DNA of 64,000 nucleotides, from the NCBI GenBank assembly GCA_963823335.1, contig CAWGLD010000004.1:352001-416000 (forward strand), given 5' to 3'. Of this stretch, positions 54,226 through 63,264 are shown one piece after another. Under the pieces are notes generated by a model. It was not told the origin of the DNA, made no database searches, and saw only the letters and a list, made by a program, of their open reading frames with translations. Source of the stretch: an uncultured delta proteobacterium. Its GTDB lineage: Bacteria; Desulfobacterota; Desulfobacteria; Desulfobacterales; B30-G6. Position numbers and translations under genes: made by a program. Within the stretch, counting starts at the first letter, position 1; each line of letters starts with the position of its first letter.

Positions 54226-55383
54226 ATGAAAAAGGGTATCTGGGAAGACTTCGACGGATATGACAGTATCAACGAAGAGATCAAGGCGAGCCGCTTAACC
54301 GCAAACAAACGTTCCTTTGCGTTGGATTTTGCCGACCAGTATATCAAACGACTTCATCCTGAACACCTGATGCTCAAGGTTGCCGATATTATCCAGGAAA
54401 CACCTACCACAAAAACGTTTCGGCTGGTTTCTGACGGCCACGATTTGCCGCCTTTTCAGGCAGGACAGTATCTGTCGCTCTTCATTGAAGTCCGAGGCAT
54501 TCGTACGAGTCGTCCCTACTCCATATCATCGCAACCCAATCAGATCGGTTACTATGATATCACGGTAAAACAGGTGCCGAATGGATTGGTGTCCACTTTT
54601 CTGCTCGATCACGTCAGTATTGGCGACAGCCTGACGGTTTCGGGACCACAGGGGAATTTTTACTTCAACCCACTGGTGCACGATCAAAACATGATCTGTA
54701 TTGCGGGCGGAAGCGGTATTACGCCCTTCATGAGCATGATCCGTGAAATTGTAGACCGCAACCTGCCACGCACGCTAACCCTTTTTTACGGGAATCGACA
54801 GGCAGACGACGTTATCTTTCATGAACAATTGACCCGTATTTCGGATCGCTTTGACAGCATTGACTACATCCCGGTCATCGAAAATGCATCCGAAGATTAC
54901 CAGGGCCAATGCGGTCTCATAACTGCCGACCTAATCAAAAAAAAGGCCGGTGCGTCGGAAGCTACAACCTTCTTCCTGTGCGGCCCCCAGGGAATGTACG
55001 ATTTCTGTCTGCCCCAGATCGACCAGTTGGGCGTACCGCGCCGAAAAATAAGAAAAGAGTTGTATGGCCCCCCCCTCCATATCTGCAAAGACCCTGGATG
55101 GCCAGAAGAGATCGAACAGGATCGCCTTTTTTCCGTGTCGGTTAAAGATGGCCAAACAATCAGCGCACCGGCAGCCACCCCCCTCCTGGTTTCACTCGAA
55201 AAAGCAGGGGTTGTGCCCCCTTCCATCTGTCGATCGGGTGAATGCAGTATGTGCCGCATCAAAATCCTGTCCGGTAAGGTTTTCCAGCCTGCCGGCACAC
55301 CTGTTAGAAAATCGGATCGACAATACGGGTATGTCCATTCATGTGTTTCGTACCCTCTGGAGGATTTGGAAATACTTTTATGA
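54226..55383 (+). CDS. FNR-type FAD/NAD(P) reductase with C-terminal [2Fe-2S] ferredoxin
   Basis: FQAGQY, RPYSISS, GLVST, AGGSGITPF, FLCGP, CRSGECSMC...SC. Confidence 0.92.
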   Translation: MKKGIWEDFDGYDSINEEIKASRLTANKRSFALDFADQYIKRLHPEHLMLKVADIIQETPTTKTFRLVSDGHDLPPFQAGQYLSLFIEVRGIRTSRPYSISSQPNQIGYYDITVKQVPNGLVSTFLLDHVSIGDSLTVSGPQGNFYFNPLVHDQNMICIAGGSGITPFMSMIREIVDRNLPRTLTLFYGNRQADDVIFHEQLTRISDRFDSIDYIPVIENASEDYQGQCGLITADLIKKKAGASEATTFFLCGPQGMYDFCLPQIDQLGVPRRKIRKELYGPPLHICKDPGWPEEIEQDRLFSVSVKDGQTISAPAATPLLVSLEKAGVVPPSICRSGECSMCRIKILSGKVFQPAGTPVRKSDRQYGYVHSCVSYPLEDLEILL

Positions 55384-55384
55384 T

Positions 55385-55576
55385 AGGGTTCAAGGGCCCG
55401 AGGGTGATACAAGGGTTCGAGGGTAGCTAACAGCTATATACGGACAGCAGCAGCACATCTTCCAAGCAGCATAGCGTCCCAGCATACAAGGATTCGATGG
55501 GCCAAGGGAAACATCTGGAAGCAAGGGCTTATCGATCTGAAAACAATCACTTGAACCCTTGGATCCTCGAACCCTT
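55385..55576. repeat. G-rich/C-rich inverted octamer-array element
   Basis: GGGTTCAAGGGCCCGAGGGTGATACAAGGGTTCGAGGG and CACTTGAACCCTTGGATCCTCGAACCCTT arms. Confidence 0.8.
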
Positions 55577-55617
55577 ACAGAACAACCGATCTTGACTACC
55601 CAAATTGGAGGTAATAT

Positions 55618-56421
55618 ATGCCCGAACTCCTGGCAGAAAAAAATGGTCCTATTTACACCCTCACCTTGAACCGCCCTGAAAAACGGAACGCCCTGCCCTT
55701 TGAAATGCTCAGGGATATCTGTCTGAAAATTGAAGAGCAGATCATCGATCCCGAGATAAGGGGTATTATTATCAAGGGCAACGGAAAAGTTTTTTCGGCA
55801 GGTGTGGACTTCAATTCGCTGGGTATGCTTGCCGGTCGTTTCATGGGGGATCACGCTGCCGGGGGAGCGCCCATCCGAGCCGATATTCACAAATTTCAAC
55901 AATATCTGAATCGAATCGAATCTATCGAAATCCCGGTTCTTTGTGCCATGCACGGGGGTGTTTTCGGTATGGCCCTGGAACTGGCACTGGCCTGCGATTT
56001 GCGCCTGATGAGCGACGATTGCGTCTGGGGATTGCCGGAACATCAGTTTGGCCTCATCGCGGACCTTGGTGGAACATCCCGTCTGCACCGGACCATCGGC
56101 GCTTCCCGGGCCATGGAGGTCCTCATGACAGGTAGACGATATCCAGCGGCAAAAGCCCTTGAATGGGGACTCATAAGCTATCTTTACCCTGAAGATATCC
56201 TGGTGGCAGAAGCTGAAAAGCTGATATTGGACATTTCAAAAATGGCTCCCATGGCCGTCGGCGCAACCAAAAAAATCATCAAACGGGGCGAAGGCGTGGA
56301 CCTCATGACCCAGTTGGATATGGAGGTGAGTTACCAGAGCATCCTGCTGAGAAGTGAAGATTTTCAGGAAGGCATCACTGCTTTGATGGAAAAACGGGAG
56401 CCGGTATGGAAGCGGAAATAG
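55618..56421 (+). CDS. Enoyl-CoA hydratase/isomerase (crotonase)
   Basis: LNRPEKRNAL, FSAGVD, GMALELALACDLR, LPEHQFG, DFQEGITA. Confidence 0.93.
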   Translation: MPELLAEKNGPIYTLTLNRPEKRNALPFEMLRDICLKIEEQIIDPEIRGIIIKGNGKVFSAGVDFNSLGMLAGRFMGDHAAGGAPIRADIHKFQQYLNRIESIEIPVLCAMHGGVFGMALELALACDLRLMSDDCVWGLPEHQFGLIADLGGTSRLHRTIGASRAMEVLMTGRRYPAAKALEWGLISYLYPEDILVAEAEKLILDISKMAPMAVGATKKIIKRGEGVDLMTQLDMEVSYQSILLRSEDFQEGITALMEKREPVWKRK

Positions 56422-56475
56422 CATCGCTGCACCATGCTGTTTGACGCAGCTTTGTCACTACAGCAAAAGATACTA

Positions 56476-56617
56476 GAAGCTATCTCAAAAAAGTTTTTTA
56501 GCCCAATTTCTGTGTTGGTCCCTTGCTTCAACTCCTCGGAATACTTGAGTATGCCTGCGGGTTGAAGTTCGGGCCCGCCTTGAACTTGAGCCAAAACCCT
56601 TTTTTTGAGATGGCTTC
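56476..56617. mobile_element. MITE-like element (142 bp) flanked by TA
   Basis: TA-GAAGCTATCTCAAAAAA...TTTTTTGAGATGGCTTC-TA; internal ATACT-tg-AGTAT hairpin; a further AAGCTATCTCA end abuts it. Confidence 0.8.
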
Positions 56618-56708
56618 TAAAGCTATCTCATAAATTCGTTTTGAACCAACACCGGTTGTTCTCCGTGACCCGACGAGTTTTATGGCCGCAATAAAACCAA
56701 ACATTTTT

Positions 56709-56738
56709 TTGACAACCAGGATAATTTCGCTTTACATT
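56709..56738 (+). promoter_or_regulatory. Putative sigma-70 promoter
   Basis: TTGACA-N18-TACATT upstream of 56814. Confidence 0.4.
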
Positions 56739-56813
56739 CGGTGAAAACGACTTATTTTTTTCTGATTAAATCCCAGCGTCTAAATTAAAGGGTCACACAT
56801 CCAAGGACAGGCA

Positions 56814-57146
56814 ATGAAATACACAGTTCCGGAAGAATACCAGGCACAATTTAATACCTTGATCCGGTCGGTACCCGTGGAGCTTCAGAAAGACGACGAG
56901 TTCAAAGAAACCGTGCTGGTCTATCTAAAAATGGGCGGCATCAGCCTGGCTCGTCACTATGCCGAGACAACCGCCAGGTATCTGCATGTCGATGTCCTCG
57001 AACTCGGTACAGGTCTCCGTTTTCCAAAAGTTGTCGAAGTCAAACAGGATGACGAGAATGACGATGACGATGACGAGAATGACGATGACGACGACGATGA
57101 CGAGAATGACGATGACGACGAGGCAGAAGATGAGATTCCTAAGTAA
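56814..57146 (+). CDS. Hypothetical protein with acidic tandem-repeat tail
   Basis: AAGGA RBS; tail DDENDDD x3 encoded by GATGACGAGAATGACGATGAC repeats. Confidence 0.7.
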   Translation: MKYTVPEEYQAQFNTLIRSVPVELQKDDEFKETVLVYLKMGGISLARHYAETTARYLHVDVLELGTGLRFPKVVEVKQDDENDDDDDENDDDDDDDENDDDDEAEDEIPK

Positions 57147-57221
57147 ATCATGTGGGTGATCTTATTCGGTGCTACCTGAAAAACAGGATTCTGATCGTGT
57201 CAAAAGACATTTTTGAGTTGA

Positions 57222-60212
57222 CTAAATTTTTTGAAGACGTAGTTGCCTGTCAGATATCCTCTGGTTGACCTGCCTCAGGCGATCGTCACTGGATATCACT
57301 GCCACACCGTATTGCCCGCTTTCCGCCCCGAAATACCGCCGTGCCGTTTCCAGGATATCCTTTTTTTTCAACACCAGGAGTCTCTTTTTGAACCGGCGCC
57401 GGTCTTCATCCTTCATGGAAACAATTTTCCTGTAAAACGCTTTCTTGGCTGCAGGACCGGGAGGATCGGGTTTATCGATATCTGAACAGACCTGCAGGAT
57501 GGCTTCCTTGATGTCCTCGTCCCCATACTTGCCGGATGTAATAAATGCGGATGCCCGTCCATACACATCCAGTGTCTCCAGAATATGGGGATCCCTGTAG
57601 GAGGCGAAGCTGAAAAGACCATTCTCGATGTTATAGAGCGCAAAGCCACCGTATGCCCCCCCTTTCTCGCGAATTTCCCTGTGCAGAAACAGTGATCGGA
57701 GTATTTTACTGATGACGGACAACCTGGGCGCGTCTTCGTGATCCATTCGAACGGTTTTAAGGGCTTTGGCAACAAAGGAAACAGACGTGGATGTACTCCA
57801 TCCCTCCCTGGGTATCTCATCCGGCACCGTCAAAGGCGGCGGTTCGAAACCGGAAAATTTTTCAGTATCATCCCCAACATGGGGTGTAAGAGATCGAAAA
57901 TCAAGAATCGGGATACCCTGTTCCAGGGAGTCTGCTTCCCCCACCAGGGCCGTCCTGAAATTCTCCCGGATAACCAATCGTTTGCGGATATCCATCATGT
58001 CACCGGCAATGATTTCCAGGTCTTCAGGAGCGAGGGCTTCCGTTATGTCCTTCATGTATTTGAGCTGATGAACACCACTCCAGATTTCACTGATATACGC
58101 TGCGGTTGAAAAAAATCTGGAAGCCAGTGATATGGCATATCGATGGCCACTGTGCAGAATCGTCGATTCCAGTCCAGCCCGGTATTCCAGCAAAAGACTT
58201 TTCAGGCGTGCAGGATCTGTAAATGAAACCTCGAAAAGAATCTCTTGGATAAGTTCAAACATCCTGTCCAAGTTTCGGTTCAGGCATTTCCCATTGACGG
58301 TGACAAACGGCATGCACCTGCCGGCATCGTCAAATCGCGTCCGCGCGTTCGATGTGAGGTTGATACCACCGGTATAGGTATCGATGCGCTGAACGATTTC
58401 TGTAAAGTCATGTCTTCGTGTTCCCAGTCTTGGCAATGCATAGCAGAAAAAAGGGACCAGGGGCAGTTGGGTGGCAGCGAGATCTGCGATTCCCATGGCA
58501 GTGGTGGTATAAAAAATGCCCGATGTGGGCTGGTTGTAGCAGGTGGCAGTGGTTGTCCCAGAACACCTGGACGCTGGGGTGGTGTGTATGTCGGCCGGAA
58601 TATCTTCAAGGTCCAATGTGGGTAAAACAGAGATATCCTCGGTCGTCTCCTGCAAAAGCGCCAGGGCTTTGGCATCTTCCCGGATCTTTTCCAAGGCCGC
58701 TTCATCCAGGGTGTTCTTGATCTGATCGAGTTCCGACCGAACCCGTTCTGTTTCCTTTGCTTCCATGCTGTCGTCTGGGGACAGCACAATCAGCGCCCGG
58801 TGGGGATTGTCCAACAAATGGCGTTTTATCTGCTCTTCAAAATATCCGTTTTCGGCGACTTCTTTACGAATCTTATCGAGGTCTTTGTCGAATTTCAAAA
58901 CACTTTCGGAACTGCCGCCGTGAAGCCAGTTACCCACAAAAGACAGGAGCAGCTTGATGCCGTATGGATACGGGGCGTTGGTGATCTCTCGGCGGTGAAA
59001 TTCAACTTGATGGATAGCTGCGTCGACAAGATGGCTGTCGATTCCTTTGTCTACCAGGTTCTGTAATACCGTCAATACAATACCCTCGATTTTTTCAGCA
59101 TCCGACTCGGCCACATCCTTTAGACCGCAAGCAAACAGCGTGTCGCGGTTGTCTGCATCAAATCCGGTACCATCCGAAAGGGCCGTTCCCAATGCCGAGT
59201 CCATCAGGGCTTTCCTCAAAGGTGAGGCGGAATTGCCCAGCAAAATCTGCTCCAGCAACTTGAGGACCAGTATTTGAAAAGCGTCCTGAATATCACAGGT
59301 CAGCCAGGTGACACACACCTGAGATTTTTTCGCTGCGTCCGCAGCAGCATCCAGGGGATACCGATATCCAGCACGTTTGGGTCCTGTCCATCGGGGCTGT
59401 GGTATAACCTCCGTGTCTGGATCTATACGCTCATGGTGCTGTAATACCTTGTCATGAATAATGCGGATATGCTCCACCAGCGGCAAATCACCATAGGTAT
59501 AAAAAAAAGAGTTGCTGGGATGATAGTGTCGCTGATGAAATCGCTTCAAGCATTCGTGTGTAAGCGTTGGTATCACCGCAGGGTCACCACCGGAGTTATA
59601 ACTGTAGGTCGTTTCAGGATACATGGCGTTGAGCATGGATCTCACCATGACTTGGTCCGGTGATGACATGGCGCCTTTCATTTCATTGTAGACAACACCT
59701 TTGTAAACCAACTTCGATTCTTTTTCAGGGATATCTTCGATTTCGAGCCGGTGTCCCTCCTGCCTGAAGCTGAGCCTGTCGATGTTGGGATAAAATGATG
59801 CATCCAGATAGACATCCATCAGATTGTAGAAATCTTTTCTATTCTGGGTGCAAAATGGATACATGGTCCAGTCCGAAGCGGTGAATGCATTCATAAATGT
59901 ATTCAAGCTGCGCTTCAACATGGAGAAAAAAGGATCGCGGACAGGAAATTTCCTGGAACCGCAGAGCACGGTGTGTTCAAGAATATGCGCCACGCCTGTT
60001 GAATCCGCCGGGACTGTCTTGAATGCCACGCTGAAAGTGTTTTCCCTGTCATCATTCCCGATATGAATGTGTCTGGCACCCGTAGGCAGATGTTCCATGT
60101 CAATCAGAACGGAATTGATCATTCCCAGTTCTGTTATCATCCTGATCTGGTAACCCAGCTTCCGGCAGGTCTCTTTGAATTTCGAATGTTGATACTGATC
60201 TATATCCGGCAT
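57222..60212 (-). CDS. M16C (presequence protease-like) zinc peptidase
   Basis: TGVAHILEHTVLCGS (HxxEH), FMNAFT, GVVYNEMKG, IREKGGAYGG, SYRDP. Confidence 0.95.
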   Translation of the reverse strand: MPDIDQYQHSKFKETCRKLGYQIRMITELGMINSVLIDMEHLPTGARHIHIGNDDRENTFSVAFKTVPADSTGVAHILEHTVLCGSRKFPVRDPFFSMLKRSLNTFMNAFTASDWTMYPFCTQNRKDFYNLMDVYLDASFYPNIDRLSFRQEGHRLEIEDIPEKESKLVYKGVVYNEMKGAMSSPDQVMVRSMLNAMYPETTYSYNSGGDPAVIPTLTHECLKRFHQRHYHPSNSFFYTYGDLPLVEHIRIIHDKVLQHHERIDPDTEVIPQPRWTGPKRAGYRYPLDAAADAAKKSQVCVTWLTCDIQDAFQILVLKLLEQILLGNSASPLRKALMDSALGTALSDGTGFDADNRDTLFACGLKDVAESDAEKIEGIVLTVLQNLVDKGIDSHLVDAAIHQVEFHRREITNAPYPYGIKLLLSFVGNWLHGGSSESVLKFDKDLDKIRKEVAENGYFEEQIKRHLLDNPHRALIVLSPDDSMEAKETERVRSELDQIKNTLDEAALEKIREDAKALALLQETTEDISVLPTLDLEDIPADIHTTPASRCSGTTTATCYNQPTSGIFYTTTAMGIADLAATQLPLVPFFCYALPRLGTRRHDFTEIVQRIDTYTGGINLTSNARTRFDDAGRCMPFVTVNGKCLNRNLDRMFELIQEILFEVSFTDPARLKSLLLEYRAGLESTILHSGHRYAISLASRFFSTAAYISEIWSGVHQLKYMKDITEALAPEDLEIIAGDMMDIRKRLVIRENFRTALVGEADSLEQGIPILDFRSLTPHVGDDTEKFSGFEPPPLTVPDEIPREGWSTSTSVSFVAKALKTVRMDHEDAPRLSVISKILRSLFLHREIREKGGAYGGFALYNIENGLFSFASYRDPHILETLDVYGRASAFITSGKYGDEDIKEAILQVCSDIDKPDPPGPAAKKAFYRKIVSMKDEDRRRFKKRLLVLKKKDILETARRYFGAESGQYGVAVISSDDRLRQVNQRISDRQLRLQKI

Positions 60213-60295
60213 GGCGGCATCCCCTGGTCAATCATTGGCGGCAGCCCCAAAAAGCTGCCAATATCGAGTTACATGCAATATCATGAAACATTGGG

Positions 60296-60682
60296 TCAAT
60301 CAGACGTGTAGATGCCCCGGCTGAGTCTTTTGATCCGCCCTAGGCTGTACAGCCGAAAGAGGATATTTCGCAGCTTTTTATCCTCGAATTCCGTTTTGAG
60401 TTTGATTTCCGATATTTTTAATCCCTTTTTGGATTGCTTGATGACGCCATACACGATGTCGGAGGCCGTGAGCGTATTCTTGTCTTTTTTTGCTACGCTG
60501 ACACCGGTTTTACCTGGACCTTGTCTTGGGGGTTTTCTCTGGGTGGTTCGAATCAATTTTTCGAGACGATCAAGGCGGGTGTGAAGTTTTTCGACATCCT
60601 TTTTGGTCGGGATGTCATATTGATGGATGAAAAATTTGACCATTGTATCGAATGAAACGGCTTTATGTTTACCTTTTACCAT
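60296..60682 (-). CDS. Hypothetical protein: phasin-like IPTKKDV coiled coil plus C-terminal winged HTH
   Basis: GGAGG RBS before ATG 60682; DIPTKKDVEKLHTRLDRLE; KKLRNILFRL...IKRLSRGIY. Confidence 0.7.
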   Translation of the reverse strand: MVKGKHKAVSFDTMVKFFIHQYDIPTKKDVEKLHTRLDRLEKLIRTTQRKPPRQGPGKTGVSVAKKDKNTLTASDIVYGVIKQSKKGLKISEIKLKTEFEDKKLRNILFRLYSLGRIKRLSRGIYTSD

Positions 60683-60902
60683 TGAAACCTCCTTGTGTAC
60701 GGGCTCTACTTTGGTGATGCTGTATGCAATTGGCAGCAAGCAGTAAACCACTGAACGATATGTCTTGCGTCATCCTCTCTTTACTAGCTGAAAGAGAACA
60801 TAGAAGCAATAGCGTACACTCTAATGATTTATGGTATGAAAGTCAAGTCGGGCCGATTTCGTTTGCTGCCCGCATGCTTTCGTGCTAATTGAGGAGGCGC
60901 AT

Positions 60903-61415
60903 TTGGGATTATCTATAACCGGAAAAGAAATGGCGGCAATAAAAATATCTCTAAAGAACCGACTGAAGGCCTTCTTTGTCCGGATCAAAGAACTGCAGGG
61001 GGACCCCCGGTATGTCGCCACGGGAATGGCCATCGGCGTTTTCGTAGGGGTTACACCGACGATTCCCTTCCATACGATTATCGCCATAGCACTGGCGTTT
61101 ATATTGAGGGGCAGCAAGCCTGCCGCGGCCATCGGTGTCTGGTTCGCCAATCCCATAACGATCCCTTTTTTTTACATCGGCAGCTTTAAGATAGGTAAGC
61201 TCATATTGAACAAGCCCATACCTTTTGGCGTCGAATTCGAGCCCATAACAGCGTTAATGACCTTGGGTCTGGATGTAACCATCGCAATGATCCTTGGAGG
61301 GGCTATTCTGGGTATTCTGCCGACTATCATCGCTTACAGCCTGACCTACCGCATTATGACCAGGGTGCGGGAAAAGTCCAGAAATAAAAGACAGGGTTCG
61401 AGGGGCCAAGGGTGA
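60903..61415 (+). CDS. DUF2062-domain membrane protein
   Basis: VATGMAIGVFVGVTP, WFANPITIPF; GAGGAGG RBS before TTG 60903. Confidence 0.85.
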   Translation: MGLSITGKEMAAIKISLKNRLKAFFVRIKELQGDPRYVATGMAIGVFVGVTPTIPFHTIIAIALAFILRGSKPAAAIGVWFANPITIPFFYIGSFKIGKLILNKPIPFGVEFEPITALMTLGLDVTIAMILGGAILGILPTIIAYSLTYRIMTRVREKSRNKRQGSRGQG

Positions 61416-61603
61416 AAGGACAGGGTCGGAGGGGCTGAGGTTTGGAGGGTAAACGATAAGCCTCATAATCCTTAAGAGATAGACAACTTCCCTGCCTTCG
61501 CAATTTAAAATTGAACGAATAGAGCCAATGAACTCAAAAATCATAATAATCACAATGGCCATGTGCCCCCTCGAACCCTGGAACCCTTGGACCCTTGGAC
61601 CCT
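61395..61603. repeat. G-rich/C-rich inverted octamer-array element
   Basis: GGGTTCGAGGGGCCAAGGG and CCCCTCGAACCCTGGAACCCTTGGACCCTTGGACCCT arms. Confidence 0.75.
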
Positions 61604-61613
61604 GCATTTAATC

Positions 61614-62465
61614 ATGACCTCACCATCCACACTCATGAAAACCTGGAATCTACGTGCCAAAAAGGAGATGGGACAAAATTTTTTGTCGGACCGGGGCACT
61701 GCAGATAAAATTGTTGCCCGATCCGGTATCACAGCAGACGATGTTGTCCTCGAGATTGGAGCCGGGCTCGGATCCCTGACCCTTCCCCTGGCGCGTACAG
61801 CCAGGAAAGTATATGCCATTGAAAAAGACAGTACCCTGCTGCCCCCCCTCAAGGATGAACTCCTGGCATCCGGCACAAAAAATGTCATCTTGATAAACGA
61901 AAATATTCTCGCTTTGGATATTGTATCCATTGCCCGCACCGAGCAGCGATCTCTGGTGGTTATGGGGAACATCCCCTATAACATCTCATCTCAGATTCTT
62001 GTTCAATTGATGACAGCCAGACATCACCTAAAAAAGGCGGCCCTGATGTTTCAAAAAGAGCTGGCCCAGCGGATCATGGCTGCACCCGGTTCAAAAGCGT
62101 ATGGCCGTCTGTCTGTGATGGCCGGCTATTGTTCGACGGTGGATGTGATAACAGAAGTCAAGGCCGCCTGTTTCTTTCCAAAACCAAAAGTAGACTCCCT
62201 GGTTATAGCCATTTCCTTCAAGGATCGTGCAGAACCCTCTGCCAAGGATGAGTCATTGCTGTTTAAAGTCGTCAAGGCATCGTTTTCAAAACGACGCAAA
62301 ACACTTAGAAACGCATTGTCCGGTTCAATTCTTCAGATCGATGCCGCCACGGCTGCCAGGGAACTTGTAGCGGCAGGCATCGACCCCGTCCGCCGTGCGG
62401 AAACATTGACCGTTGAGGAATTTGTGCACCTGAGCAACCAATTTTATGATGCCGGGTACAGATAA
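61614..62465 (+). CDS. rsmA: 16S rRNA m6,2A dimethyltransferase
   Basis: KKEMGQNFL, LEIGAGLGSLT, GNIPYNISS, MFQKE, YGRLSV, PKPKVDS, KRRKTLRN, RRAETL. Confidence 0.96.
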   Translation: MTSPSTLMKTWNLRAKKEMGQNFLSDRGTADKIVARSGITADDVVLEIGAGLGSLTLPLARTARKVYAIEKDSTLLPPLKDELLASGTKNVILINENILALDIVSIARTEQRSLVVMGNIPYNISSQILVQLMTARHHLKKAALMFQKELAQRIMAAPGSKAYGRLSVMAGYCSTVDVITEVKAACFFPKPKVDSLVIAISFKDRAEPSAKDESLLFKVVKASFSKRRKTLRNALSGSILQIDAATAARELVAAGIDPVRRAETLTVEEFVHLSNQFYDAGYR

Positions 62466-62533
62466 CCTGAAATCATTTGTAGAGGAGATACGACACTGGC
62501 ATTCTTGAAGATAGTTCGAGCGAATATGGATAA

Positions 62534-63049
62534 TCACGTGATTGTTTGGTGATGTCTTTGACTCAGTATATAGAATCCTATAAGCGGATCTTCCTTTTCT
62601 GCATCATCAAACTCAGCCCCTATATGGTTTTCACAAATATGCTTGGCATACACGGTCTTCTGGATATACGTCCCACTCTTGTCTTTAAGGTGAAAAGCAA
62701 GAAGGATAGGATTTTCAAAGAACTTGTCGGAAGTTCTGATGGTTCTGTTTGGATAGGGTTTGATTCTTACCCCGGTGGATGACAAATCGACAACTCTCAT
62801 TGCGTTACCTTCTGAAGCTCTCCATTCACCGGCCTGACTGCAAATACATGGAATATCCACTACCATTCTGTAGCGTTGTCTTCTTTCGAGAATGGATGTC
62901 CATGAACACCCGCAGATACACTTTGATTTCACTTTGGTCCTGTTGTTACGTTTCATGTATTTGGAAACATTTACTGTTTTTGATTTAATGCAGTTTGGGC
63001 AAGTAAATGTGGCCTCATTTGATTTGTCTATATGGACTGTCTTGATCAT
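62534..63049 (-). CDS. PilZ-domain protein with N-terminal Zn ribbon
   Basis: CPNC...CICG, ERRQRYR (RxxxR), DLSSTG (DxSxxG), IGAEF. Confidence 0.75.
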   Translation of the reverse strand: MIKTVHIDKSNEATFTCPNCIKSKTVNVSKYMKRNNRTKVKSKCICGCSWTSILERRQRYRMVVDIPCICSQAGEWRASEGNAMRVVDLSSTGVRIKPYPNRTIRTSDKFFENPILLAFHLKDKSGTYIQKTVYAKHICENHIGAEFDDAEKEDPLIGFYILSQRHHQTIT

Positions 63050-63069
63050 TTCATCATCCCCGGGCAAAC

Positions 63070-63120
63070 GAACCAAAAATACGAGCGTATTCCCCCTAGC
63101 TTGCTGTGAAGTTCTTCAAT
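63070..63120 (-). repeat. Palindromic element family E, short degenerate form
   Basis: Aligns with 18947-18997 including the terminal TTCTTCAAT. Confidence 0.7.
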
Positions 63121-63264
63121 ATATTCTGTATTGTGAAAAAGAAAGGTTTTTTTTGCGAGGTTTTGCATTGTCCTCGTTGTGTGTTTCCGCTGAAACAAAT
63201 ACATCCGGTTCATTGAACAGACCGGCACGATATTATTTGGGAACGGCCATTCCGCTATAGCGGT

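Noticed and set aside
61563-61613. N-terminal extension of RsmA given by the ORF track
   Set aside because: It is translated from the C-rich octamer repeat; ATG 61614 fits the normal protein start.
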